Positions 46,370 through 62,552 are shown, numbered from the stretch's first letter. The stretch: 64,000 bases of DNA from the human T2T-CHM13v2.0 reference genome, Homo sapiens (GCF_009914755.1 NC_060930.1), one strand, 5' to 3'. Numbers and translations: made by a program. Notes: generated by a model not told the origin, from the letters alone.

Positions 46370-47105
46370 GGAGGTGTAATTCCCTTAACAGATATCAAAA
46401 CTTACTATAAAGCTACTGCAATCAAAGCAGAATGGTACTGATAGAAAAACAGATAGATCAATGGAAAACAATAGAATCCAGAAGTAGGTCTGACTATATC
46501 TGAGAGCAGAAATCATTTGGGAAAAGGTGTATAATATTCATTTTGCATATAATACAAAATACATATAATAATGGGGTTGGATAATTGACTATGTATATGC
46601 AAGAAAATAGCCTTCAACTCCCATCTTGTAACATAGCCCAAAATAAATTCCTGAATATTAAGGAGCCAAATATGAAATAAGGAAAACTATAGAATATATT
46701 TTTAAAAAATTTAGAAAACATTTTATAGCTGTGGAATGAGAAAAGCTTTCTATAGCAAGATAGGGAGCTTAGTTAAGTAAATAACTGAATACATTTTAAA
46801 GAAACTATTCATAGTATAGAGTACTGTGTAGCTTATAAAGGAAATAAAGGCAGAGTCAGTTCAATAAAAATGTATAATTTCTGTGTAGTATAAAGCAGAG
46901 AACAAATGAGCTTCTAAGAGAAAATATTTACAACACATATAGGACAATGGCTTAATATTTCTAATACACAAAGAGCTCTTACACATTAATTAGAAAACGA
47001 CAAACGGGAAGAGGCAATTCGCAGCAGAGGAAATGTAAAGGTGCAATAAACATAAGAAAAGATGTTTGAGAAGACATTTATGGTGTTATTTATAGTAACC
47101 CAAAA
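46370..47105 (+). mobile_element. Degraded L1M ORF2 3' fragments
   Basis: atcaaaacttactataaagcta...tagatcaatggaa...atagaatccagaa; ctaatacacaaagagctc. Confidence 0.7.
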
Positions 47106-47153
47106 CCTGTGTGTGTGAGTAGGAGTGAGGGGGTGTTAAGAAAAAATATGTTC

Positions 47154-47491
47154 GCTGGATGCGGTGGATCATGCCTGCAATCCCAGCACTTTGGGAGGCT
47201 GAGGCAGGCGGATCACCTGAAGTCAGAAGTTTGAGACCAGCCTGCCAACATGATGAAGCCCCTTCTCTACTAAAAATGCACAGACTAGCCAGGCATGGTG
47301 GTGCACGCCTGTGGTCCCAGCTACCTGGGAGGCTGAGGCATGAAAATCACTTGAACCTTGGAGGCAGAACTTTCAGTGAGCTGAGATTGTGCCACTGCAT
47401 TTGTGTTGTAATATCAAGAATAGAGGATGACAAACAATCTAGGTGACAGAAAGAGACTGTCTCAAAAAAATAAAAATAAAAATAAATAAAA
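47154..47491 (+). mobile_element. AluS with a foreign insert in the right arm
   Basis: Dimer; non-Alu sequence at ~47400-47438. Confidence 0.92.
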
Positions 47492-48644
47492 CCAGAGAGC
47501 TGGACCTCCATTTCCAGGTGGAGGCCAGGGAAGCTGCCACAGAGGAATGGCTGTGGTGAGCCAGGCCATATGGTGAGCCTGGCAGAGATTGCCATGGCCC
47601 AAGCATGGCACATAAACCACCAGACCTCACAGCATCTGGCAGCATGGGCCATGACATTTGTGGGGACCAGTGGCCAAGGCCCAGATAGGGGGGAACATGT
47701 CTCAATATCACTATGGCTACCAAGGTCTACATGCTTCCCATGCTGAACCCCCAGCCCCCAACACACACCAAATTCTTGGCATTACGTTAACCCCTCTGAA
47801 ATGAGGTACAGCTACAGGGAAAGGGAGGGTATTCCAAATTAACTAAGATTGAGTCTTCACTTAACTAATGACATGGAGCCTCCAACTAGATATTAATTTG
47901 AGTTAAAGAAGAATTAAATTTTATTTTTTCCTTATCAAAGTTTGGACTCATAGCAGTTAAATGCATTTTCATATGTTTATATATGGATGATTGAAAAACA
48001 TTGTTAACAGTAGTCGCCTAGGAGAAAGAGGCTATACAGTTGGAAGGTGAAAGAGAGACTATTGGTTTTACTTCAGGCACTTTCATAATGTTTAAATAGT
48101 TAAATAGATACTAGTTAATTAAGTTAATTGACTGAAGTAGTACAAATTGCAAAGACAAAAAACGCAGGTTCAAAATCATTTTGTAGTACAGGATAAAAGT
48201 CAAGGCTCAAAATGCCTATTTTGAGTGAATTATTAGTATCTCCAAACATCAATTTACTAATTTATAATGTGAGAAGACTGGGTTAAGTGATTACATAATC
48301 TCTTCTCTCTAAAATTATCATAAGGCAGTGAGTTTTCTGTTCTTGAAAATGTACAGCCAAATACCGTAGAAAAGAGTCATATTTGTGAAAGAACTTGGAT
48401 AAGTAAAGAGCTTTCTAACAATGTTCTTCTAAAGATAATAACTATGGGAAGAGCAGTGGAAACATAGAATTGTTCCAAGAACAGGGCTTGGTTATCAATC
48501 CCAGGTCTGCCAATTATTTTCTGCATGACTTGGAGCAAGACAATTTAAACATTTTGGGTTAGATTACGTCTGTAAAGCAGGAGTTCCCAAACCTGGCATA
48601 AGCATCAGTCCAAGATTTTAAAAAATACACATTCCATAAATCCA

Positions 48645-49330
48645 ACAGAAATGTCACCAAAAGACACTACGAGAATGTTCACAGCAGCACTATTTGTAAT
48701 AACTCAAAACTGTAAAAAACCCGAATGTCCATCAATGAATAAAGAATAGAAAAAAGAAAGAAAGAGTGGGCTCATATGATTGGATACCATACAGTGGGGT
48801 TCAGCAAACTTTGTTCTGTAAAGGGCCAGATAGTAAATATTTCTAACTTTGCCAGCCATGTAATCTCTGTGGCAGCTAAACTCTACCACTGTAGTGTGAA
48901 AGCAGCTGTAGATAATACTGAGACAAATTAGCCTGGCAGTGTTTCAATAAAACTTTATTTATAAAACCGGAGATTGATCCCTTACTATATAGCAATGAAA
49001 ACAAACTAGAACTACCTGCAATAACATGGATGAATTTCACAAGCACACTACTGAGTGAGAGAAGCCACGTACAAAAGAATACATGCTGTGTGATTCCATT
49101 TATCTAAAATTTCAGAATTGGCAAACGTAAGCTATGATGTTAAAAGTCAAAATAGAGTGGTTATCTTGGTAGAGTGGTGCCTAGTAGGGGGCCCAGAGGG
49201 TGTCTTCTGGGCTGGATTGCTTTATTATTTAATGTGAGACTGTGTTCACTTTGTGAAAATTAATCTGTATATTTACAGGGCTTGCACATTTTTTCCTGAT
49301 GTAAGGTTTACTTCAATGAAAAGGTTACCA
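48645..49330 (+). mobile_element. L1ME-type 3' end interrupted by MER58A
   Basis: agaatgttcacagcagcactatttgtaata...aacatggatgaatttcaca...tgtgtgattccattta. Confidence 0.78.
48792..48982 (+). mobile_element. MER58A
   Basis: ggggttcagcaaact...gtaaagggccagatagtaaatattt...caataaaactttattta. Confidence 0.88.
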
Positions 49331-49439
49331 TAAAGAAATATAAATATTTCAGTGTCTCACTCTGTAGAATCCGAGTTCTTGGCCAGGGGTGTGGCTTGAG
49401 GATCTATCCTAAGCCTGCCTTGAAGAAGTAAAGTGAGCT

Positions 49440-49830
49440 GCCTAAGGTCACGTTATTGGCAGAGCTGAGACAGAGAGCAAGCTCTTACAGTGTTGGGCAT
49501 GGAGTGAGTCAGCCCTGCATTGAGAGAGGACGCAGCATCTGCCCTTGAGAACGGACTGGGAAATGGCTAAAAGAAGTCAAGGTCACATTCCGGATTCCTA
49601 CCTACAATCATATTTGCACTGTCACCTGGATATGCTCACTGATTTCTGCCACCTGGGCAGCACCCAGTTCAGAACTTTGCAGATTGCTGGAATTGCTGGG
49701 GAGCTGCCAGAGGGCTTTCAGAACTCAGCATGAGTGCAGTGAGTGCGGCAGCCAGCTCCCAAAGGGGATGGCCTCAGCATAGTTTCCAGCTCTCGGCTCT
49801 CTTAACAGGAAGGCGTTGCGGTGTCGCAGA
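49440..49830. promoter_or_regulatory. Candidate enhancer (AP-1/ARE, ERR/NR5A and TEAD motifs)
   Basis: TGAGTCAGC 49505-49513; TCAAGGTCA 49577-49585 abutting CATTCC 49586-49591; AAGGTCA 49444-49450; raised GC and CpG. Confidence 0.35.
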
Positions 49831-49859
49831 CACAGTCTGAAGTGGGGGTTCAAACAGAC

Positions 49860-50230
49860 ACAACTTCACATACTGGTTTTGCAACTTGCTGGCAAATGAG
49901 TGAATTTTACTCAATCCCAATTTTTCTCATCTGTAAAACAGCCATAAAATCGACCCCCACTGCCTCTTCCTCACCCCTCCCACAGACAAAGGATTTTTTT
50001 TCTCTTTTTTTCTATTCAGTCTTCACTGAACTAACATTTGCACGCCAAGCACCATTAAGTATTTTGCAAAGATTGTCTCATCTAATTCTTGTCAGTAAAG
50101 AAGTTTCATTTATGATCCTCATTTTATAGTGAAGAAACTAGGAATCAGTTGACTTAAAAATGACCTGCCTAAAGTCACACAGGTAAGAGGTGGAACCAAT
50201 TTCCCACTGAAGAAGTGTGCCTGGGAGCCT
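49860..50230. mobile_element. Two MIR fragments (+ ~49860-49950, - ~50030-50230)
   Basis: ttttctcatctgtaaaa; ctcattttatagtgaagaaact...gcctaaagtcacacagg. Confidence 0.7.
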
Positions 50231-51322
50231 GAGCTCGTAACCACCGCTTGTGACGATGACAATGCCTGGCAGTCGTCATCCTGTCTGGCCCATGGATGAA
50301 ATTTAATAGAAGTTAATTCTGCATTTCCTCTTTTCTTAAAGAGCTATGAATTGGAGCTGAGGCCTGGCAGTCAGAAAACCAGGATTCTAGTGGGCTGGTA
50401 AATCACTTCTATTTCCTTGCAGCATAATGAAAGCATGGGATCAGATCACTCTCCTTAAGCGTTTCTTCTGGGCTGAATGAATTTGTACTCTCTACAGGTC
50501 TGAATGCTTGCTCTAAACAGAAAATAAGTTAGTTGTTCCCTAAAATTTTATGAAAAATTTATATTCGTTTCCATCATCTGAGTTTGTTTTGATATTTAAA
50601 ACATAGATATTATGTCCTACCTAAACCTCTCTCCATGCACTCACTCACACTCACCTCATCCCATCTCGCAGTCTTGTGTGTTCCTTTACTCCAGGCACAC
50701 CTAATTCATGGCTGCACATTCCCAAGGGCACCCTAGAAGGGGCACTCTCTTGGTTTGAAAAGCAGAGGTGTCAGTAGGTTTCATCAGGTCTCTGTACCTA
50801 CACAATTCTATTACTCTGTAACCTATGTGATGTGGAGGTTTATGACATAGAAGTTCTCCCCAGACTCGACCATGAACTTCCCAAACTCATCCAGAACTGA
50901 ACCACCTTAAAACACGCTCTTTTGATATCTTGCCAACTTGGCAGATAAGACCGGATTTTCTACAAATTAAAAAGTGGTGATGGTGATGTGTTTGTTGGTG
51001 ATGATGCTGATAAAATATGACCACTTCTTTATACGAGATGATTTCTTATAAAGGCAAATGAAAATTTTGTATCACAGTTGGAAACCACTGGACCATCAAG
51101 TACACTTGAAGGGCAAGAAAGATAAATTTACAGACAAAACTAAGGATTGTTTTTATATTATGTATTTCTCTGTCATCTGCCCACACCTGAAACCCAATTA
51201 ACATTCAAGGGAGAATGAGTTTTGTTCAAGCCATTTAGAAGAGTAAAAGGAAAAGTAAATTTTAATAAGCCAGTATTTTTCTCTTGACACAAAGATTAGC
51301 AGAATTTGGGAATAATGTTTAA

Positions 51323-51635
<313 letters not shown>

Positions 51636-52401
51636 GAAGTTGTTATAATATATGGAATGTATATTGCAGCATTATATTTTAAAAACAAACCATTACAAAA
51701 ACACTGTTAATTTTGGAAGGCACATTAGCCAGTAGGGTTGAAAGATTTAATGTTCCAGTAATAGGAGTTTGGAATTCCAAAACACAGAGAAATTGTCACT
51801 TTTATTGTTTTGCTTAGTCTGGTTTTATTTCAGGAAGTTAGGAGACACTGGGCCCGACAGCGCAGATGACAAGCCGTGATGCAAATGCTTCCTATCTATG
51901 AGACAGGAAATGCTCTCAGACCCTGCACGTAACTCCCTGCAAAGTTTGCTCTTTGTTTTTGGTACATCCATTTGCTTCTTTGTGCTTAATTCTATGTATT
52001 GTGTACAGATGAGACAAAGAGAAAGCTGCAGTTATAGGACAGTATATGACTTCTAAAGAAATTGCTCTTACATTATCAAGGAACAAATGAAGAGGTTTAC
52101 TGATTTATGAGGAGACATTTGGTATAAACTGAAGGACTTGCTACAGTAGCCATATAAAGGACCTCATAATGAAATTTTTCAGGTCACACACACACATACG
52201 CACGCATGTACGTATATGCACATATACAATTGTTTTTCAAGTGATTTCAGATTTTTCAAATGCAGTCACTAAAGATCAATTCTAGCAATGAATACATTTT
52301 GAATTTGTACCCTCTGAGCTCTTACCATTTTGGTCATGCAGACCTTGAGAATTAAGAACCCAGAATATTTTTCTTCATAATTTTGACACTGATTCATCTT
52401 A

Positions 52402-52716
52402 TTTTTTTTTTTTTTCAGGGAGGAAGGGGGTCACAGGGTCTCGCTCTGTCACCCAGGCTAGTGTGCAGTGATGTGCGATCATAGCTTGCTGTAACCTCAA
52501 ACTCCTGGGCTCAAGTGACCCTCCCGCCTCAGCCTCTTGAGTAGCTGGGACCACAGGAACGGGCCACCACACCTGGCTAATTTTTTAAAATTTTTTGTAG
52601 AGACGGGGTCTCACTATGTTCCCCAGATTTGTCTTGAACTCCTGGTCTTAAGCAGTCCCCCTGCCTCGGCCTCCCAAAGTGCTAGGATTACAGCCAGGAA
52701 CCACTGCACTGAACCA
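52402..52716 (-). mobile_element. AluJ
   Basis: Dimer; TSD tgattcatc. Confidence 0.93.
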
Positions 52717-53169
52717 TGATTCATCCTGTCTTTGAATCTGCCCACCTGGAAGTGTTGTGTAAATTTTTCCGTAAAGACTGGACTTGGCTTCATTCAGTTC
52801 GACTATCAGATTCTTCACAGTGCCTCAGAGGTATGCTCTTACTGCTGCAAAAAAAAGCTGGGGGAGGAAAGTATTTTAAAATTATTGAATGATCCTTGCT
52901 TAAACTTGCAAATTTACAGTGGCCAGGAGCCACTGTACCACAAAATCATGGTAAAAAATTTTCCTCCTACTAGTACTTTTAATGAATTTATTACAATATT
53001 ATTTCAAGCCCAACTAGAGAACTGGAATAGAATGATACATTTCATCCTGTTTGCTATACAGCCGGTTTTTATTACAAAAATCTTGTTTTTACTTTAGTTT
53101 CATTTTTAAGGCAAATATTTGGCCCCTGGTTGAGGGAGTAGCGTGTCAGCCCTCAGCATTTGAAAAGGG

Positions 53170-53526
53170 AATTGCATGTTGGTGGGGCCGTGCTCCCTCC
53201 CAAGCCTGTGGGAGAGGAGCCTTGCTTGTCTCATCCACTTCTAGTAGCCCTGGGCATTCCTTGATTTCCAGCACAAAACTTCAGTCTCTGCCTGTTGTTT
53301 ACATGGCCATCTTCTCTGCGTGTCTGTGTCTTCAGACGGTGTCCTCTCTGTGTGTTATTTTCTCTTCTAAGGGCAGCTGTCTTTTGGGATTAAGGATACA
53401 CCTTATTCCTTGCGATCCCAACAATTACATTTGCAACAACCCTATTCCAAATAATGTCACATGCTGATGTATTGTGGATCAGAACATCAACATATCTTTT
53501 TGGGAGGCACAATTCAACTCATAAGA
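53170..53526 (-). mobile_element. MLT1B/C-type LTR (partial)
   Basis: aattacatttgcaacaaccctattccaaataatgtcaca...cacaattcaactcata. Confidence 0.85.
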
Positions 53527-53529
53527 CCT

Positions 53530-53840
53530 GCCAAGCACCACTCTAGGTGCCAGATTACAGAACAAATAAGACAGAGTTCATGCTCTGCAACTACAAGGAG
53601 GTTGACATGAAACAAACAAAAACCAAGAGTATCAGTTCATGATAAGTGCTATGTAGACGATTATAGGGCACCTTAAACTTAGATCGGGTGCTACAGAGAC
53701 AATTATATAATAGGGCACCTACTCTGAAAAGATCACTCTAGGGTGACCTTTAAGCTGAGATCCCAAGAAAAGATGAAGGCAGTCATGCAGAAATAGGAAA
53801 AAGAAGATTCAAGGTTAAAGAAACTAAGGCCCCAGGAGGA
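53530..53840 (-). mobile_element. L2 fragment
   Basis: tgccaagcaccactctaggtgc...gaacaaataagaca...tgataagtgctatg. Confidence 0.65.
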
Positions 53841-54269
53841 AAACAACTGCCCCTATCCCATTGCTCACAGCAAAATCTGTCAGCAAGAAGGGCTTCCTTT
53901 TTTTCCATGAATTTATGTATGACCTCACATATGATCTGCTTAAGTTTGAGCTCCTGGTAGTTAACTTTCTGTAAAGTTATGGACAGATGGAACAGCAACC
54001 CAAGGAATAGAACTTTTCATGCTCTAAAAAAAAAAGTATTCATCTTTAGCTTGAAGGTGGCATATTGTTTTATGGACTGTGAGGCAATTTTTATAGTTTG
54101 GAAGCTATTTTCCAAATATAAACTGAAATATCATTGAAAGGAAGTGTAGAAAATAAATAGAGAAACTTAGTGACTAGCTAAGTCCTCCTCATATCGCCTT
54201 AAATGATATCAGATCTGGTTTGCAACTACTCATTCATGAAAGACATTAGTTTCATTTACAAGAAAATCA

Positions 54270-54646
<377 letters not shown>

Positions 54647-56725
54647 TTAATGTAATATGAATAAAAAATGAAGAGAAATAATGTAGAAATAGCCATTATT
54701 TATGTTTGTGACTATATTTCATAGAAGCCACATTTTCCCAAGAATGTTCTTACCTTTTAAAATTCTATACATCCTATAGTATAGGACATAGTGATCTAAA
54801 GCTGGTATCTAAGTGGTTTCATCTCAAGGAAAATTAAAACATTGCATGAAATGAAAAACAGCAGAGAAAATTTAAGGGCCAAGATCTTTTGTACCTTTTC
54901 TATGTCAAGTTTGGGTTTGCATTTTCAAAACTCTTAGAAAGATTAACAATAAAAATAGGGCACCTTTTTTTAATCTCTGTTGTTTGCAGATATAAGCATA
55001 TTTTACTTACTGAATTATTAACTTTTCCATATGCCTGTCAATTTTTAGAAAAAGACCAAGAACTTCTAAAATAACATGTCAGAATCTGTGATTCAGAGAG
55101 AGAACAAATGTATTCAGCTCTCAGAATAACCTAAGCTCTGACCCAATTGAGTCTTAAATGAGAAGCTTTCTAAGAATATGGTTGTTTCACAGTAACTTTC
55201 TATGAATTCTCTCAAACAAAATTTAACAAGGGCCACGACTTCTTAAGATATTCAAAATTTAACACTGCTCATCCTTTCATCCATTTTCGGGGGAAAAATC
55301 AAGCTACAAATCCTTAAAAATTAAGCAAATAAGCAGAAACCTTCCTGTACAATAAGCATTTCAAGACACTTCAGGAGGGTTGTGTCTTTCTATTGAGTTA
55401 TATTTCAAGTAATTGCAATAGCAAAAAGGTGTTAGGAGATTAAACATAAAGTGTATTCCATGCAATCCCTTTGGGTCAAGGTACACTGCCCTAAACACAC
55501 TAGACCAGTGTTCATTCATCTGTGGGATGGTGAAATTTCTCCCACTCTCCCTACCCCCAGAACCCTCACCTGTGGTTCTTGGAGGCACTAAACTCAGATG
55601 TGGGGCATCCGTTGTTCTGGCCCAGAGGGTGGGCACCATGAAGGCTGTTGCTCCTGAGCCCCTTCCATCAGGGCAGCCACAAAGGAGGTCAGTTTTTATT
55701 CAGTTGGGTTTTCCGTTGTTTCTTAAAGGCCCACAGTTACAATATCAGAGGCCCGAGTGAGATGTTGGTTCCCTGGAAGAGTTAGCAAATGAGCTATGAA
55801 TACCTTATTAATAGTAGCTTACCAAATAATTAACAAAGGCAGGTGGAGTCAAAACTCACATATAAATAAGTCACTTGGAGTACATTGTGATTGCTGAGAA
55901 TGAAGATCTACTATACGGCTTACTCCAGTGAAAGTATATATTATATGAATGTAATTTCAGAGACCCTTTTTCTAAATCAACTATAGAAAAGCTAACTCTC
56001 TTTTCTTCTACTTTTTACATCACAATTAAAAGGAGACCCCATTCCTTTGGTTCTAGAAGTATGTTACAAGAACAAGAGCAAGAGTCTGTTGGCTTTTTGC
56101 TTAGCACCGGTATTCCTTTTGTGTCTCTCAAACTTGGCACGTGAGTAAGTCATTGAAGATTGAGTGTGTTATAGAAAGAAAAACCACACTTGAGTTTGAA
56201 CCTGCAGCTTCAAGGAACAAAACAAATGTTGGCCTAAGAAAAAAAAATAGCGAGTTACTCAGTGTCCAAATGAATCTGCTGTTTTAGGGGGAAACACCTT
56301 GAAAGAGGTAAAGGGTAATTTCTTCACATGAGAACCACAGTACCTGGCAAGGTATCTGAGTGAACCAGGCTGTGGTGAAATGTTTTTCTCCTGAAGCATT
56401 TCATCACACCACTCTGACTTGCTACAATGACTGCCTGGACATGCTGACTCCAGTGAGTTCCAGGCATCAGTAGGGTCTGAAAATATAAGCAAAGGAAAAC
56501 ACTTCACAGATGTGGGTTATTTCAGAAAATTGAAGAGAAGGAGGGAGATTAGGGGTCCTAAGCAAAGCATTAATATTATGAGTCAGACATACCTGCAGTT
56601 CCCAGATGCTTTGCAGATTCATTTTGTGCCATGCAGCACACATCTTCTTCCTCTTTTACTCTTGCAGATTCTCCTGTTGATCCTCTTCCCTCCCACTTGG
56701 AAATTTTACTTCTGCTGGATTTTAA

Positions 56726-57044
<319 letters not shown>

Positions 57045-57539
57045 TAAAGCTTTGATTCTAAAGCAGGCTGCTCTGGCCTGGGTATATTGGCTTGATCACA
57101 ATGGTTCCCTAGACATGGACTAAGCAAATTAGCAAATGAGATATACCTGGTGTAAGCCACCTTTCAGTGAAGAGACTAATTGGGAGTGAATGGGTCCTAC
57201 ATTCTTTATATCAGAACTCTTCTTGGTTCAAATTTGCCAAATGGTTGGCTACCTCTTAATTATATTTGACCTCAGAAAGCCAACCATACATCTATACTTC
57301 AGAGAAAGACAAAGAGTAAAAGAAAAGTAATCCAAGTGTCGGTTGCAGAGAATGGGTGCGGGGAGGAGGGTCTCTGCTTTACATCGTCATTCTGAAACTC
57401 AAGATCTTTCCTACTAATGCAGGACTCAGCACACTACAGCTCACAGGTCAAATATAGACAGATTTTGGAAAAGAAGAAAGGTTTTGTACATATTTAAAGG
57501 AAAGAAGCTGAAGGAGAAAGAGGAGGAGGAGGGGGAGAA

Positions 57540-57617
57540 GAAACAGAGACTTTATACAGTCTACAAAGCTTAAAATGTTTATTATCTGACCCTTTACAGG
57601 AAAAGTTTGCTGACCCC
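57540..57617 (-). mobile_element. MER58 fragment
   Basis: ttatctgaccctttacaggaaaagtttgctgacccct. Confidence 0.8.
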
Positions 57618-58419
57618 TCATATGACTCAGCAAATCTCTAGGGCTCTGAAGCACTTCACTGGGTCCCCCATAAGCAAACCTTGGAACAGAAAAAAGTGCT
57701 TGAAGGATTTTGTGGGAGGTGTTAGAACCAGGCTTCCAGGAGGCATATGCTTCTGGTAGATAGAACTCAATCACATCTACCTGCAAGGGAAGACAGAAAA
57801 TAAAGTCAAGCTCTCTGCCCAGGAGGGAAAGGGGTTTGGTTGGTGAAAATGCAGTTGTTACAGGGCACCCAAGGTTAACTGCTAGGAGAATTAAATTGGC
57901 AGTTGTTGAGAGCTCAAGAGAGCCAGAGCACTTCAGACAAAGGTTATGGAGGTGGCTTCCCAGAAAAGATCAAACTAAGATGGCCAATCAGCAAGAGGGT
58001 GGGAAATGCAGGTAAATGGAATGAGATAATCACAGCACAAACATGGGAAATGTAAGGCTTGGCCAGGGAATAACATTTAACAAGGAAAAGGTCCCACTGG
58101 GAAGTTCTGGGATATCATCTGCTTAGAAAGAAAGATTGGGTTCAGGTTGTAAAAGGCCTTGAGTGTCAGTTCATATATATGGATACCAACTTTAAAAAAA
58201 ATAATTTTTTTTGGATTTTTATCTTATTTTATTTATTTTTTACACTTTGGCAGCATTGTCTATGGATCTGGAAGCTCTGCATGTTGGGTTTCTTCATAGG
58301 TGTCTCTGGATAAAGGCCACCCTCAGAAAATAGGGATACTTGGATGTCAATAAATGAAATAAAATTTTGAAACTTGACTCATCTTTTCTGAGGAAACAAA
58401 TTTCAAATCATACATTTAA

Positions 58420-59150
<731 letters not shown>

Positions 59151-60246
59151 AATTGGAAAAAATGTATCTCTTTCAAAAACGTTAAAATAAATACTAAAAA
59201 GTCAAAAACAAAACAAAACAAAAACAGGAAATAAGATGCCTGTGAAGAATGCATTGCTTGTGTCTGCAGACTATTTAAAAGTCAAGGTATCTCTCCTTGG
59301 AATTTCCTGTTCTAATAGGAGTATAGAGCTTGGCTTATCATGTTCCATTTGATTTGCTATGACATTTATCTGTACTCTTTCTTGGTGGTTTGTTTTTTCA
59401 GATTACCAGTTCCTTGCATGTGATTGAAGGGTTCTAGCTGCTTTAGAAACTGCCCCGTCCCCTTGCCTTCACCCTGCCAGTTAAGAACATTCAGGGCACT
59501 TTTGTACTCACAGGTCTCAGATTTCCATTTCAGGACATTTGGGCATAGGCCTTCATCAGAGAGTTTCCTCACATATCTCGGGCTGTTGACAACATGACTT
59601 GCCTTTTGTAATCCAGTTATTCTGGACATAATGTAAGTGACAGTGATAATTCTATGTTATTCATCTTCCTTGTTAGGCTTTTGTTCTTGAGTCTATTCGT
59701 GGCTCAATTTTGTAAATGAAGAAAGCCATTTCTTTTCATGTCTTAAGCCTGGCTGAGAGAACATTTCTCAGCTTCTGTTGACACATCCATTCAACTGTCC
59801 ACCTAAGAAAGCCTGGAGATACTGATACAGCACCACAAGACATCAGTGCACAGTCCCATGAGAAAACCTCAACTGTTCAAGCCTCACTCTCTAAGATAGT
59901 TTTCAAGAGTGTTAACAACTATCTTATTCCTTCTTACAGAAAAGAAGCAAGAAAATTTTTCCAAGAGTGGTAAAACATTTTACCTCTCAAACATTTCTCT
60001 AAGTTTCTTTTCCTTTTTGTTGTGTATTTCACAGGCAGGTTTCAATTCTGAATAATGAGCATACGTTTGCCTCTTGAGAACAACCTGAGTTGCAAAAACT
60101 CCTTTTTAAGCTTTTCTGCTCAAAGCAATCAACTCTATAAATTATACATCTCTTACTTGATATGCATTTTCTAATAGGTAGTCTAAAGCCATCCCGTATG
60201 AATACTCATTTTCACATTAAAGGTGGAAAAAACTTAAAAGCCTTTC

Positions 60247-60279
<33 letters not shown>

Positions 60280-60894
60280 GCCAAGAGGCAGATATTCTTC
60301 TTTTGAAAAGTCTGTTTATTCCTGGTGGGAAGTTTTATTTCTATCTTCAGAAACATCATTTTAAATTTGCGTAATCAGTTCAGCAAACTGCTTCTTATAG
60401 TGATAAATAAATATCAAATTAAACTTGCAATTAAAATTTACTAAAAATATAGGTTGCTATAATTTTGTTGGTGATAAAAGTACAGAAGTAGAAATGATTA
60501 ATGATGATTACTAATTATGCAGCTGTGTTCAGAGCACACAAGTCTATGGAGCTATAGCTTTTTAGCTAAATAACGATGTTATTCCAGGAAAAACCTTTGT
60601 ATATAATATCTAAATGCAACACATTTCCAGTCAGAACAAACACCCCCATTACCTCATAACGCTTAGCTTGACAAAGAGAACCAGAAAAATAGAATGCTAG
60701 AATAATCGTCTCATATCCTCTTTTGCTTATTGTAGTTTTTTTGTTGACTGTTAGATTAGAGTTTCTAAGAAAAAAATGCCATCAATATGAGAAATTATCT
60801 GGTATTAATAATAGTGAAGACAGGAGTAGCTTGTTAAAATTCTGGCTTCTTTCTTTCCTAAATTTTGTATATCCTGTCTTGGAATTTCATATTA

Positions 60895-61256
<362 letters not shown>

Positions 61257-61267
61257 TCACTAAATAA

Positions 61268-61440
61268 TTTTTTTTGTTTGTTTGTTTTTGGTTTTGTTTT
61301 ATTTTGTTTTAGAGATGGAGTCTTCTGTCACCCAGGCTGGAGTGCAGTGGAGCAATTGTAGCTCACTGTAGCCTCAAACTCCTGGACTTAAGTGATCCTC
61401 CTGCCTCAGCCTCTCCAGATGCAAGTCACTGCACCCAGCA
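61268..61440 (-). mobile_element. AluJ/FRAM fragment
   Basis: (GTTT)n tail then agagatggagtc...cccaggctggagtgcagtgg. Confidence 0.88.
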
Positions 61441-61753
61441 GCTTCCTAAATATTTGACTTGTAGACAGAAGACCTGGATTTGATCCTATCATCTATTACT
61501 TAAAATAAGAAAACCTACAAATTAGGTAGCCCTCAATTTTTTTAACCACATATTATTTTTGATTAGCACAAAAATCCCATTTTCCCTTCCCTCTTCTTCA
61601 CTTGTGTAGAAAATCATTATTTTACAAAAAACAATCTTAGAGATAAAACAACAGAGACCTATAGAGGTTATGTGAAATTATAATATCTCAAACTCAGTTC
61701 TCCTATATTCCAGTCATGTGTTACTTTCAGTATGCAATCAACAAACAAAACTA

Positions 61754-61990
61754 GGCTGGGCATGACAGCTCATGCCTATAATCTAGCACTTTGAGAGGCT
61801 AAGGCAGAAGGATTGCTTGAGCCCAGGAGTTTGAGACCAGCCCAAGCAGCATAGCAAGACCCTGTCTCTAAAACTAAAACAAAAATAAACACACAAAAAG
61901 GAGACAGAGAAAGGCAGAGAGAAAAAGAGGAGAGACAAAGGGAGAAAAAGAAAAAAACAGAGAAAGGGAAGAAAGAAGAAAGATAAAAGA
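61754..61990 (+). mobile_element. FLAM with a GA-rich extended tail
   Basis: Left monomer 61754-61870 followed by an A/G-rich tract. Confidence 0.88.
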
Positions 61991-62189
61991 GGGTGTTGTT
62001 GTGAATGTTAAGTATGGCATTCCAAGTAGAGAAGAAAATGATAAAGTAGTAGAAAAAATATGGAAATTTGGAAAAAGTTGTCCTCAAACCAGAATAGCTA
62101 CTGAGACTACCAAATTGTGGCTGTAATTTAGTGGATAATTAACATGAAAAATGTTGGATTAGGGAGATGCATACAATTTTCCTTCACAG

Positions 62190-62460
62190 AGGTGGCTTGG
62201 TGTGATGGAAAAGATAAAAAACAAACAAAAACTCGTCTAGAAATTCAATGCTTCTGTTGGAATTTGGTTCCACCTCTGAAGTGCAGGGTGACCTCGTCCA
62301 TGTTGTGTAACTTATTTACTCTTCTTTCCTCATATGGGAAATGATGATAGAGTATCCATCAACCTACCCACATCACAGGGTTATCTGAGGAACTGATGAT
62401 ATCACTGTTGTATAAAAGCTTTTTGAAAGTTGTAAAGCACCAAAGCAACATGTAACATAT
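62190..62460 (+). mobile_element. MIR
   Basis: gggtgacct...tttcctcatatgggaaatgatgata...cacagggttatctgagg. Confidence 0.65.
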
Positions 62461-62552
62461 GACCACAAGTAAACCACATGCTGTTCCTTCGCGTGGAAGT
62501 TGGAAAGTCAAATGCAAAAGTAAAATGGAGGAGATGGGTTACATCATTTTAA

